NCBI GenBank assembly: GCA_963662545.2
Contig: CAXXLL010000002.1
Coordinates: 2,240,001 to 2,304,000 of the forward strand
Reading direction: 5' to 3'
Origin: Gammaproteobacteria bacterium
GTDB lineage: Bacteria > Pseudomonadota > Gammaproteobacteria > Ga0077536
Length of the DNA: 64,000 nt
This document shows positions 31,510-41,010 of this stretch, in pieces (position 1 is the first letter of the stretch; each line of letters starts with the position of its first letter). Below the pieces are notes generated by a model, which worked only from the letters and a program-made list of their open reading frames with translations, had not been told where the DNA came from and made no database searches. A program made the position numbers and the translations under genes.

Positions 31510-32654
31510 AATAGGTGTTCCAAAAACTCGATCAAATAAAAAGAACTCAGGTGACATTCAGAGATCAGAGGTTGTATCGAGCAATCTACGTTCCCGAAAG
31601 AGGTCACCTGAGTATGGATAGTTTAGTGTCATTGACGCGCTCACAGAAACGTCGCTTTAAGCGGTTGATTCAACGCAGCGATAACGGGCGGGTGGTTCGC
31701 CGCGCTCAAGTCCTGTTGCAGTTAGTTTCAGGCGTCTCACCGACGGCCGTGTCACGCAGTTTGTCGGTCGCGCGTTCAACGGTTTATCGATGGGTCACGC
31801 AATTCCAGACCGCGGGTGAAGCCTTTCTCGAGGCGTGCGGCTCGGGCCGGCGGGCGTATACGGTGGATGACACCCTGTTGGAGACGCTCGCCGAGTTAGT
31901 TGAGCAGCCGCCCAGTGATTATGGCTACCTGCGCAGTACGTGGACGAGCGAGATGCTGGCCGAGACGCTGAATTCGTTGCTGTCACGGCCCATTCACGCC
32001 TCTACGGTACGTCGCTGGCTAGTTAATTTGGGATTCGGCTGGCGTCGTGCTCGTCCGACCTTACATCTGCGCGACCCACGGGCAGCCACGCGCCTGAAAG
32101 CCATTCATCGTGCGTTGTCTCGAGCCCCATCGGGGCATGAAGTGTTTTACGCCGATGAGGTCGATATCGACCTCAATCCCAAAATCGGTTTCCTTTGGTC
32201 TACTCAAGGTTGTCAACGTGCCATCCCCACGCCTGGGCAAAACCGGAAACGCTATCTGGCGGGCGCGCTGCACGCACGAACCGGTCGCGTTGCGTATGTC
32301 GAGGGCACACGGAAAAACAGCGACCTATTCCTTTGCCTGCTCGACCACCTGCGGCAAACTTACCGCGCCGCGCGTCGAATTATCTTGATCGTGGATAACT
32401 ACATCATCCACAAATGTCGCTTGGCACACGTCTGGCTAAAGCACAATCCGAAATTCCGATTGCTGTTCCAGCCGGCCTATCAGCCCTGGGTCAATGACAT
32501 TGAGAAACTCTGGAAACAGTTGCACGACAATGTCACCCGGAATCATCGTTACTCGACCATCGACCGTCTGATGGACGCAGTACGTGCCTTCATGCGTGCG
32601 GCAAGTCCATTCCCGGGAAACTGCCCGAGTGTCGCAAGATTTGGATCACCTATT
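31510..32654 (+). mobile_element. IS630-family element with TA duplication
   Basis: TA|AATAGGTG...CACCTATT|TA; reconstructed empty site AGCTAGTT (contains CTAG). Confidence 0.93.
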
Positions 32655-32657
32655 TAG
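31614..32657 (+). CDS. IS630 transposase
   Basis: HTH, YADEVDIDLNPKIG, LIVDNYIIHK, PWVNDIEKLW. Confidence 0.93.
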   Translation: MDSLVSLTRSQKRRFKRLIQRSDNGRVVRRAQVLLQLVSGVSPTAVSRSLSVARSTVYRWVTQFQTAGEAFLEACGSGRRAYTVDDTLLETLAELVEQPPSDYGYLRSTWTSEMLAETLNSLLSRPIHASTVRRWLVNLGFGWRRARPTLHLRDPRAATRLKAIHRALSRAPSGHEVFYADEVDIDLNPKIGFLWSTQGCQRAIPTPGQNRKRYLAGALHARTGRVAYVEGTRKNSDLFLCLLDHLRQTYRAARRIILIVDNYIIHKCRLAHVWLKHNPKFRLLFQPAYQPWVNDIEKLWKQLHDNVTRNHRYSTIDRLMDAVRAFMRAASPFPGNCPSVARFGSPI

Positions 32658-33061
32658 TTACCGTGGAGCGAACAAAATCGGAAGGAATCTCCTGCTGTTC
32701 GATCAGTATTACTGCCTCGCTTCGATATACCGCGGGCAGCAGCAGCGCGAGCAGCAAGCTGACCATGAGTATCGTCACGCTAACCGATAACAACAGCTGA
32801 CGGCGACGGCTCAAAGCCGAAAGATAGTCACGGAGTTGAATACTTGGAATCTGCGTTTCGCTCGTCATTTCAAATTGGTTCGCTTGAAATTATCTGAAGC
32901 AGGCAATTTGGTCCATACGGCCAAGGATCATGTCGGTCGCGAAATCTGTTGAGGCGGCAATGCTGTTCGGATTCAGGAATCTCCGGTCGCGCTGGACGAA
33001 ATATCAATGCGCTTAGGATACATTGTGCTATGCAGCACAGAATAGCATAACTTAATGAAAT

Positions 33062-34282
33062 TTAACGAAAGTAAGGGATTGGATCGCCGTCGTAGCGAAA
33101 CTCAAATGTCACTCGATTGCTGGTCGCGACCATCCTTGAATCGAGGCGTTCGCGAAATAGGAACCGATAGGCCAATGAAAGACTCGTATTTTTCGTCACT
33201 TTGTACTTTAAAGAAGAACGTACGGCAATCCGATTCAAGGCACGTAATGACACACCCCCGGCCGTTTCCTGTTGCTGCTCATTGAATTCGAATCCGAGGC
33301 GCCCGATCCATCGGTCACTAAATTCGTACTTACCATGCGCCGCCACAGTTTGGCGCTTCTGCCGGGAACCCAGACTCGATGGCATAACCAAGCGGTTCCA
33401 TTCAATAGTCAATTCGCTACGCAAGAACTGTTTCTCGACTAGTGTATTCACGATCTGGCCGCTCGTGCGGCTTTCCTGCGTCAAACGTATGTTTCCGAAC
33501 TGGAGCGGAATGAGGGATAAGATAATCGGCTGAGTGCTATGGACCACGGTACGGCCGATGTTCTGTCCGACCAAGATCTGTGCTCGCAAGGTCTCCGAGA
33601 ATGAATGATCGAAACCGAACTGGAAAGTGTAGCTTGTAGTCGTACTGTTAATGTCAGGTGTATCGAAAACCGAGAGCGACGAATTTCCGAGAATCACTGT
33701 CTTCTCACTCACTCCATAGCGAAGATTAAGACCGGCATTCGAATTACGATAATCAACAAGATTCGATTGACCACCCTGATCAAAAGACACGTCGAACATT
33801 CCCCCGAATGCGGTCACGCTGAAGCGATCGGTCACGCTATGAACCCAGCTCGAATTGAACGCGATAGTCGTACGCGGTACCGCCGAGTCGATCTGTCCTA
33901 AATCGGTCAATTCAGTCGTCGCAGATGATGCTCGCGAGAACTCGAATGCGAAAAAAACCTGATTCCGTTCGAAGTTTTTAAGCGCAGACAAATCGACGAA
34001 ATAGTCTTCCGCATCCAGCTCTTTCTGACTGCTGCCGCGTGTCAACCTGAATTTCGGATTAAGATCTATTGCGTAAGTGGGCTTTCTATAAGTCGTATCT
34101 ATTTCGATTTTGGTGACGGATGCCCAAAGCCCGCTGCCATCCTCTGCTCGAACTCGGCGATTATCGTCGATGAAAAAAGATGGCGCGAACGACGGCGTCA
34201 CGTGCAACTCGCCGAACGCGGACACACTTATCAGTGCAAGCGCCTCCGTAGTGGCGAATCGACCTGCGGCGAATTCGCGCAT
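33062..34282 (-). CDS. Putative outer-membrane beta-barrel protein of the EPS export system
   Basis: Signal-like N-terminus, alternating aromatic/polar strands, C-terminal VTFEFRY; lies between wza and wzc. Confidence 0.65.
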   Translation of the reverse strand: MREFAAGRFATTEALALISVSAFGELHVTPSFAPSFFIDDNRRVRAEDGSGLWASVTKIEIDTTYRKPTYAIDLNPKFRLTRGSSQKELDAEDYFVDLSALKNFERNQVFFAFEFSRASSATTELTDLGQIDSAVPRTTIAFNSSWVHSVTDRFSVTAFGGMFDVSFDQGGQSNLVDYRNSNAGLNLRYGVSEKTVILGNSSLSVFDTPDINSTTTSYTFQFGFDHSFSETLRAQILVGQNIGRTVVHSTQPIILSLIPLQFGNIRLTQESRTSGQIVNTLVEKQFLRSELTIEWNRLVMPSSLGSRQKRQTVAAHGKYEFSDRWIGRLGFEFNEQQQETAGGVSLRALNRIAVRSSLKYKVTKNTSLSLAYRFLFRERLDSRMVATSNRVTFEFRYDGDPIPYFR

Positions 34283-34337
34283 TCCCGCACTATTGTGGGT
34301 AAGTGCCAGAGCGTGCGCCGACCGTATTTATTCGCGC

Positions 34338-34910
34338 TCAGGGCACGACGATGACGTCGCCCGGCTGGAGCATTATGTTCTGATCCAGGTTACGTCCATA
34401 TTGAACGTCGCCATATTTAAAGCTCAAGGACTGCTGATCCTGCCCCTTGCGCCTCAATATCGAGATTTTGTTCTCTTCGGCGAATACGGCCAAGCCCCCA
34501 GCGAGCGCAAGCGCCTGCGTAACGTCCAAGGGTCGTTGCATAACATATACACCCGGCCGATTAACCTTACCGAGCACGTAAATAGTATTCCCTTCATTCT
34601 GGAGCAGTTGGACAGTAACTACCGGGTCGGGAATATACTCCTCGATTCGCGTGGCGATTTCCGCTTGAACCGCCCCAACGGTGCGACCCGCTACTGCCAA
34701 ATCGCCGACAAGGGGAAAAGAGATTCCACCGTCGGGACGCACCAGCAGATCCTGTTGTAAATCCAGTTCCTTCCATACTGAGACTCTCAGTACATCGCCG
34801 GGTTGTATGCGATACGCCGTATCGTTTCCATCGGCGAGCGCAATCGAACAACTCGCGCACGCGACCGAAAGTGCCGCGATCGCATTGATCCGGAATCTAG
34901 AACACGTCAT
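34338..34910 (-). CDS. Polysaccharide export protein (short Wza/EpsE-like, Poly_export + SLBB)
   Basis: YRIQPGDVLRVSVW, VRPDGGISFPLVG, YVLGKVNRPG, LQPGDVIVVP. Confidence 0.9.
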   Translation of the reverse strand: MTCSRFRINAIAALSVACASCSIALADGNDTAYRIQPGDVLRVSVWKELDLQQDLLVRPDGGISFPLVGDLAVAGRTVGAVQAEIATRIEEYIPDPVVTVQLLQNEGNTIYVLGKVNRPGVYVMQRPLDVTQALALAGGLAVFAEENKISILRRKGQDQQSLSFKYGDVQYGRNLDQNIMLQPGDVIVVP

Positions 34911-34985
34911 TTGAATATCCAATATGGCAATGAGTGATAGCTGGCGCGCAAGATCGCATGTCAAAAGGAAGTCAGGTAGCGGCTA

Positions 34986-36443
34986 TCAAACACGGTCGTA
35001 TTTGTCCTCGAAACGAACAATGTCATCCTCCCCTAGATAAGATCCCGACTGCACCTCAATCATCTCCAGCAAAATCGGTCCGCGATTTTCGAGCCGATGC
35101 TTTTCCCCGATAGGAATGTAAATTGATTCGTTCTCCGAGAGCAGAAACGTCTCATCGCCCCGCGTAACCGTCGCGGTCCCCGCAACTACGATCCAGTGCT
35201 CTGCGCGGTGACGGTGCAATTGCAGTGAAAGCGCGGCACCCGAATTAACGGTGATACGCTTGACCTGGAATCGCGGCCCCGCATCGATATTCTCATAGCT
35301 GCCCCAAGGCCGGTACACCCTTCGATGAGTCAGCTGCTCCACGCGATTCTGTCGAGAAAGCCAGTCGACGATACTTTTCACGTCCTGGGTACGGGTTTTG
35401 TCGGCCACCATTACTGAATCCGCGGTCTCCACCACCACCAAATTCTCGCAACCGATCGTCGCGACCAATCGGTGCTCGGCAAAGACGAGACTATCCTTAG
35501 AGTCAATTACGCAGACATCACCACGGATCACGTTGCCGTTAACATCCTTGGCTGACACGTCCCAAAGACTCGACCACGAGCCGACGTCGGTCCAGCCGAC
35601 GTCGAGCACGACCACCGCGGCATTCCCACCCGCCGCAGCCAGCGGCTCCATGACAGCATAGTCGATGGAATCGCTCGGGCAATTGGCAAATGCCTCCACT
35701 TCGAGTCTGAAGAACTCTCCGTCTTCGCGCGCCGCGTCGGTAGCGGCACTCGCGTAACGCGCAATGTCGGGGCAGTAATGTTCGGCTTGCGCCAGCCACA
35801 CTGACGCTTTCATCGCGAAGATCCCGCCATTCCAGAGGTAGCCGCCCGCGTTTAGGTAGCTTTGCGCGGTGGCTTCGTCCGGTTTCTCCCGAAAACTGCG
35901 CAGCGCGTAAACGGCCGCACCGTCACCGGATTCCAGAGCATCTCCGACCTCGATGTAACCGTAGCCCACCTCCGCATGTGTCGGGACCACGCCGAACATT
36001 ACAATGCGCCCAGCGATGGCCTCTGCGAGCGCGGCGCGGGCTGTGATATTGAACGCGGCGCGGTCTTTGATCAGATGATCCGCCGGCATCATCAACAGCA
36101 CGGGATCCTCGCCCTGCCGCACCGCGCGCCGCGCCGCGGAGGTCAGTGCGGGCGCAGTATTGCGGCCCTCGGGTTCGAGCATTATGGTCGCAGGCAGGCA
36201 GCCAACCTGCCGGGCCTGCTCGGCGACCAGAAAGCGATGCTCTTCGTTGCAGACCACAACCGGCGCCTCGACCCGCATATCTCCGGTATCCTCGAGCCGC
36301 GTAAGGGTTTGTTGCAGCAGCGACTCATTGCCACCCAATGCGAGGAACTGCTTCGGGTAGTACCCGCGGGATAGCGGCCACAAACGCGTGCCGCCACCGC
36401 CCGCGAGAACCACGGGCCAGATCGCGATCGTGGGATGATTCAT
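34986..36443 (-). CDS. manC: Mannose-1-phosphate guanylyltransferase/mannose-6-phosphate isomerase
   Basis: LAGGGGTRLWPLSR..PKQF, EPEGRNTAPA, SIDYAVME, RPWG, LSLQLHRHRAEHW, YLGEDDIVRFED. Confidence 0.97.
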   Translation of the reverse strand: MNHPTIAIWPVVLAGGGGTRLWPLSRGYYPKQFLALGGNESLLQQTLTRLEDTGDMRVEAPVVVCNEEHRFLVAEQARQVGCLPATIMLEPEGRNTAPALTSAARRAVRQGEDPVLLMMPADHLIKDRAAFNITARAALAEAIAGRIVMFGVVPTHAEVGYGYIEVGDALESGDGAAVYALRSFREKPDEATAQSYLNAGGYLWNGGIFAMKASVWLAQAEHYCPDIARYASAATDAAREDGEFFRLEVEAFANCPSDSIDYAVMEPLAAAGGNAAVVVLDVGWTDVGSWSSLWDVSAKDVNGNVIRGDVCVIDSKDSLVFAEHRLVATIGCENLVVVETADSVMVADKTRTQDVKSIVDWLSRQNRVEQLTHRRVYRPWGSYENIDAGPRFQVKRITVNSGAALSLQLHRHRAEHWIVVAGTATVTRGDETFLLSENESIYIPIGEKHRLENRGPILLEMIEVQSGSYLGEDDIVRFEDKYDRV

Positions 36444-37121
36444 CGCCTGAATTCCTACTCGATTCGGGACACTGACATTACTATGGCTGCCAGATCAACT
36501 CTGGCATGTCCCGTAACCTGGCCATGTCACTGATATGCTATCAGCCTGCTATTCCGTTAGATATGTGTCCCCCTCTTGAGGGATCTTCGGGGAACTATGG
36601 TGTTTCTAAATTTCATACCTGGATATCTCGTTGGATTTTATTAAAGGTGTTTCTAATTCTTTACGGGTCGTCCTGAACCCGCGATGGCGTAAACGATTTC
36701 CAATAAGGCGAACGAACTGCGGACCAAGACATCGCCCGTTATCGACGAACGTTGGCGTCACATTTACTGATCTTAGCCGCGCAAAGATCGATACGGTCAT
36801 CGTCTCATATCCCGGTCGCCACACGATGATTAGGGAGCTAATTAACAGGCAGTGAAACCGTAGAACTTCTATAAAACGCGCCAGCCGGCATCGCACAGTT
36901 GAAAGCGGCCATTAGACGAGCACGAAAATTTGAAAACCAGTCTATCAAGCAAGCCCCTATCATGGATTTTTTGGCATCCCCACCAGCGATTATGGAATTG
37001 GACATTAGTTGAAGCTATACGAAGCGTAGTACCAATCTCGCCAATCAATAAATTACTTGTCAGATTAGTAGTCTTAATCGATTCCGCTCTTCTTGTTATT
37101 CACGCCTTATTACTTGTCTAG

Positions 37122-38820
37122 TGTGCATCCCTAAACGCGATGCGGTTGAAATAAAAAGGAAAATTTGTCGCTTAAGGGATCGAAACCTCCGGTAGGTCGT
37201 GATCTAATGGAACTTCAAACCTCTGATTTTCCACACAATCATCGACACCACAGGAGGGGGAATGCGTCAGAAACGCACGGCCCAAGCGAGTATATACGAG
37301 CTGTTTGCTGACCATGACCTGGGGCGAGAGCTGCAGGGCATGTCCGAGTGGCTCGATGCTCACCCCAAGGTCCTCACGCCGGTCATGAACGATCTGTGTC
37401 GGCGGGGTTTGAAGCCCACCGGTCGACGCGGACTGTCGGCGGAGTCGGTGCTGCGCTGCGCGGTGCTCAAGCAGCACCGGCAATTGAGTTACGAGGAGCT
37501 GGCCTTTCACCTGCAGGACTCGGCGAGCTTTCAGGCCTTCGCCCGGTTGCCGGGTAATGAACGTCCGAAGAAGTCTGCCTTACAGCGGGTGGTCTCGGCG
37601 ATCCAGGTATCGACGTGGGAGTCTATTCATCGCGCCCTGCTGGCGACGGCGAAAGAGACGCGCATTGAGCCGGCACAGCGTGTACGGATTGATAGCACGG
37701 TAACGGACAGTGCCATCCACGCGCCGAGCGACAGTCATCTGCTGTGGGATGGCGTGCGTGTTGTGGTTCGTCTGCTCGCACAGGCGCGCGAGTTGCCTGG
37801 CGCGCCGGAGTTGTGCTTCGTGAACCACACTCGATTGGCGAAGAAGCGTGCGCGGGCGCTGTGGTATGCGCGTGGTGCGAAGCAACGCCAACGTCTGTAT
37901 CGCGATTTGATTGGGGCGACGCGTTCAACCTTGGAAGCGGTAGCGAGGGTACGTGAGCAGCTGCTGAGCCCGGGCGTCACCGGCGTTGAACTGCCGGACT
38001 GGCTAGCGCAGGTAGCGCACTACGAAACACTTGTTCTGCAGGTGATTTCGCAAACTGAGCGGCGGGTGTTCGGCGGTGAGAAGGTCCCCGCGAGCGAGAA
38101 GTGCGTGAGCTTGTTCGAGCCGCATACCGACATCATCATAAAGGGTGCGCGCGACGTTCAGTACGGACACAAAATCAATCTGGCTTCGGGGCGCAGTGGC
38201 CTCATCCTCGACGTGGTCATCGAGCGAGGCAATCCGGTCGATAGTCAGCGCTTCATGCCGATGCTCGAACGGCATCGAACACACTACGGGACGATGCCAC
38301 GACAGGTCGCCGCCGATGGCGGCTATGCGAGCCTCGACAATCTCCGGGCGGCGAAAGCAGAAGGCATCGAAGACGTTGCCTTCCACAAGAAGCGCGGGCT
38401 CGCGATCGCCGACATGGTCAAGAGTCAGTGGGTCTATCGACGCTTGCGCAACTTCCGCGCCGGCATCGAGGCCGGTATCTCCTGCCTGAAGCGTGCATAC
38501 GGATTGGCACGTTGCACCTGGAAGAGCCTGCCGCACTTCGAAGCCTACGTGTGGTCTTCTGTGGTCGCCTACAACCTCAGCCTGCTCGCGCGCTATCAAC
38601 TCGAATAGCGACGTTCACTCGCACTAACTGACCTCCTCGATATCGTCGAACGGGCGACTTTGGGTTGCAGCGCTCTGCGGCCGGCGAACGTACTCACAAT
38701 TACGCTCGAAGAGCCCTTCGACCCCCACCGAACCGCCGCTACCGCTCCAACAACCTACTTTCAACACCTCGATTTCTCCGTGCCCATCGAAGAAAATGCC
38801 TGTTTATGGACGGACACTAG
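37122..38820 (+). mobile_element. ISNCY/IS5-like insertion sequence, copy B (1699 bp), flanked by CTAG
   Basis: Same sequence as copy A in inverted orientation; CTAG at 37118-37121 and 38821-38824. Confidence 0.92.
37262..38608 (+). CDS. DDE transposase (ISNCY/IS5-like), 448 aa
   Basis: Translation identical to 18070-19416; RBS GGAGGGGG upstream. Confidence 0.92.
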   Translation: MRQKRTAQASIYELFADHDLGRELQGMSEWLDAHPKVLTPVMNDLCRRGLKPTGRRGLSAESVLRCAVLKQHRQLSYEELAFHLQDSASFQAFARLPGNERPKKSALQRVVSAIQVSTWESIHRALLATAKETRIEPAQRVRIDSTVTDSAIHAPSDSHLLWDGVRVVVRLLAQARELPGAPELCFVNHTRLAKKRARALWYARGAKQRQRLYRDLIGATRSTLEAVARVREQLLSPGVTGVELPDWLAQVAHYETLVLQVISQTERRVFGGEKVPASEKCVSLFEPHTDIIIKGARDVQYGHKINLASGRSGLILDVVIERGNPVDSQRFMPMLERHRTHYGTMPRQVAADGGYASLDNLRAAKAEGIEDVAFHKKRGLAIADMVKSQWVYRRLRNFRAGIEAGISCLKRAYGLARCTWKSLPHFEAYVWSSVVAYNLSLLARYQLE

Positions 38821-39842
38821 CTAGACGATCCTCACAGCTAGGTCTCACTAAGGTTTTTGATCGGGCGAAAGTACCGGATGATATTTCGATCCTGTATCTT
38901 GACTTAGGTACTCATAAGGAAGGCGCAGAGTTGTCCCTGGTCGTGGACCGGATTTTACCGAAGATGTCCAAGGCCTTCGAAGCATATGGGTTCGAGGCAA
39001 GCCAAGGTTCATTTGATCAAGTTGATAGGAGATAGGAGATTTTCCGATCGAAACAATGTCGGTATCATTCATGCGGCTCTGTGTCGCGAATTACCCGGCG
39101 ACAGAAAGATCAGACTTTATAGTGATTTAAAAAGCGGAATAGGAGATTCTCTATATAGGCTAACCAACACTTATGAAGAAGTGAGCGCGATGCGGCTTTC
39201 AGATTGGCTTAACGACAAAGAAATTAATCTGGAAACTCAAATCGTTTTATTACGAATGAACATCGAGGGCGCAGAGTACGATGTGATACAAGATCTTGTC
39301 GAGAATAAGCTTGCAATGCATATCGATGGTTATTACGGGATGTGGGACGATGTCTCAAAACTTGATTGGCGGCGAGATGTTTACTTTCGTGACTTCCTTT
39401 CGAAGAATCATATATTTCCATTTACATTTAACGGACGTGATATGAGGTGGAATATTCGAATAAGATGTATCGAATACGACATAAATACTTTTGTTCTTGC
39501 GGGCTTAGAGAAATTGAAACGGAATTCATGCACCGATAGCAAGCCTACCCGGCCCGGAAGATAGCAGGCTCTATGAGAACAGGCGCTAAGGAATTCTCAC
39601 GTAATATGAACTGTTTCATATGCTCGCATCAGGATAGCTTGTCGGATTTCTTGAAGGGCATGGTTGAATTCGGCGTGTGTCTCCCTGATACGTTTTTAAA
39701 GCACTCGGTTAAACGACGGACTCAAATAATATTGGCTTCGTACAAAGTCGCTTAACCCAATTGAACCGCCGAGTGTCCCTGACAAAAGCCGATTCAGGAA
39801 ATCGATAGCACGCGCTTCGCAGCGTGATTTTTAATCCGGCCT

Positions 39843-40931
39843 TCAGTAATCGCCACCTACATCCCTTCCGATGTGCGCGTAAGCGGGAGTTTCACGAATG
39901 ACGGTGCCCTTGCCATCCCACAAGATGAAACGCGCGGCTATTCCGAGGCCTGAGGCAAGGTCCGGACCGCTTTCCGGCCCTAGCACCATCAAGGCCGTCG
40001 CGTAAGCGTCGGCCCACACCGCATCCTCGTGCAGCACAGTCACGGCTGCCAGCCGATGCGTCACCGGCGCACCGGTGCGGGGGTCCAGCGTATGTCCGTA
40101 GCGTTGGCCATCGATCTCACGAAAATTACGGTAATTACCAGACGTGGCGAGCGCCATGTCCGAGAGCGTCAGGACCTCATCCGGTACGATCCGATCTCCG
40201 TCCGGACGTTCGAGTGCGATGCGCCATCCGCTACCGCCGGGATTGTGGCCGCTGAGTTTGATCTCGCCACCGAGCTCGACCATGAAATGCTCGAAGCCGT
40301 CACGTTGGAGTAACGCCGCCAGGCGATCGACGGCGTAGCCTTTCGCGATCGCCGACAAGTCAATGTAGATGTCTCGATGGGCTTTCATGATTGACGGCGG
40401 CTTTGAACGCAGACTCAGAAGTTCGAAGCCCACAACAGCGCGCACTTGCTCGAGCTGTGCGGGCGTCGGTGGGCTGGGCGCAACGTCGTGCGGCCCGAAA
40501 CCCCACAGATTGACCAGCGGACCGACCGTCACGTCGAATGCGCCGCCGCTGTCGCCACGAACGCTGGCTGCAATGGAGAGTACCTCGAAAAGGCCATTAG
40601 ATACCTCGATCCATTGCCCGGCGCCGCTGCGATTGATGATCGAGAGCTCGGATTGCGAATCATAGGTCGACATCGACCGATTGATGCGGCCGAGCTCCTC
40701 GTCGATGCGTATTTTGAGTGAAGCGGCAGCGTCCGGCGTCACGGGTTCGGCGATCTTGACGGTATACGTCGTGCCCATCGTCGGCCCGCGAAGGACGGTC
40801 AAGGCTTCACGTTCGGCACACCCAGCCAGGCACACGCCGAGCACGAACGCGAGTGAAAAAAGCGCACTCGGCAACCGCACCCGGCTTCCAGGGAACTGGT
40901 CCACGGAACTCTCGCAGTTCACGTTAGTCAC
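39843..40931 (-). CDS. apbE: FAD:protein FMN transferase (lipoprotein)
   Basis: LAGC lipobox, GPTMGTTY, FDVTVGPLVNLWGFG, DLSAIAKGYAVD, ATSGNYRNF, ADAYATAL. Confidence 0.95.
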   Translation of the reverse strand: MTNVNCESSVDQFPGSRVRLPSALFSLAFVLGVCLAGCAEREALTVLRGPTMGTTYTVKIAEPVTPDAAASLKIRIDEELGRINRSMSTYDSQSELSIINRSGAGQWIEVSNGLFEVLSIAASVRGDSGGAFDVTVGPLVNLWGFGPHDVAPSPPTPAQLEQVRAVVGFELLSLRSKPPSIMKAHRDIYIDLSAIAKGYAVDRLAALLQRDGFEHFMVELGGEIKLSGHNPGGSGWRIALERPDGDRIVPDEVLTLSDMALATSGNYRNFREIDGQRYGHTLDPRTGAPVTHRLAAVTVLHEDAVWADAYATALMVLGPESGPDLASGLGIAARFILWDGKGTVIRETPAYAHIGRDVGGDY

Positions 40932-41010
40932 TCAAGCCATTAGAATTACAGGCCAAAATATATACGGTCGGGGTTTCAGCCGGCTGTTCGAACTTTAGAA
41001 AACGGTATAT

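Larger units (their letters stand above)
29988..32868 (-). pseudogene. Polysaccharide co-polymerase (Wzc N-terminal/GumC-like), interrupted by IS630
   Basis: N-part MTSETQ...LPAVYRSEAVILIEQQEIPSDFVRSTVT joins in frame to SFADQRIQ...HPDV...GERFVLIEPP...KPNR after removal of the IS and one TA. Confidence 0.92.
36930..39564 (+). pseudogene. FkbM-like SAM-dependent methyltransferase, disrupted by IS copy B and a 7-bp duplication
   Basis: After the IS: ILYLDLGTH, YGFEAS, IHAAL, RLSDWL, LLRMNIEGAEYDVI. The AT-rich ORF 36930-37121 upstream is a tentative N-terminus. Confidence 0.65.

Noticed and set aside
29988-31607. 539-aa ORF as an intact gene
   Set aside because: Its first ~33 codons lie inside IS630; the true N-terminus is at 32655-32868
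19557-38900. Idea that the manC-wzx segment is already inverted and wzx was fused to the FkbM-like ORF (the frames would join: IARRSSQLG)
   Set aside because: A frame match has a 1-in-3 chance, and the present orientation keeps all polysaccharide genes co-directional in a normal order
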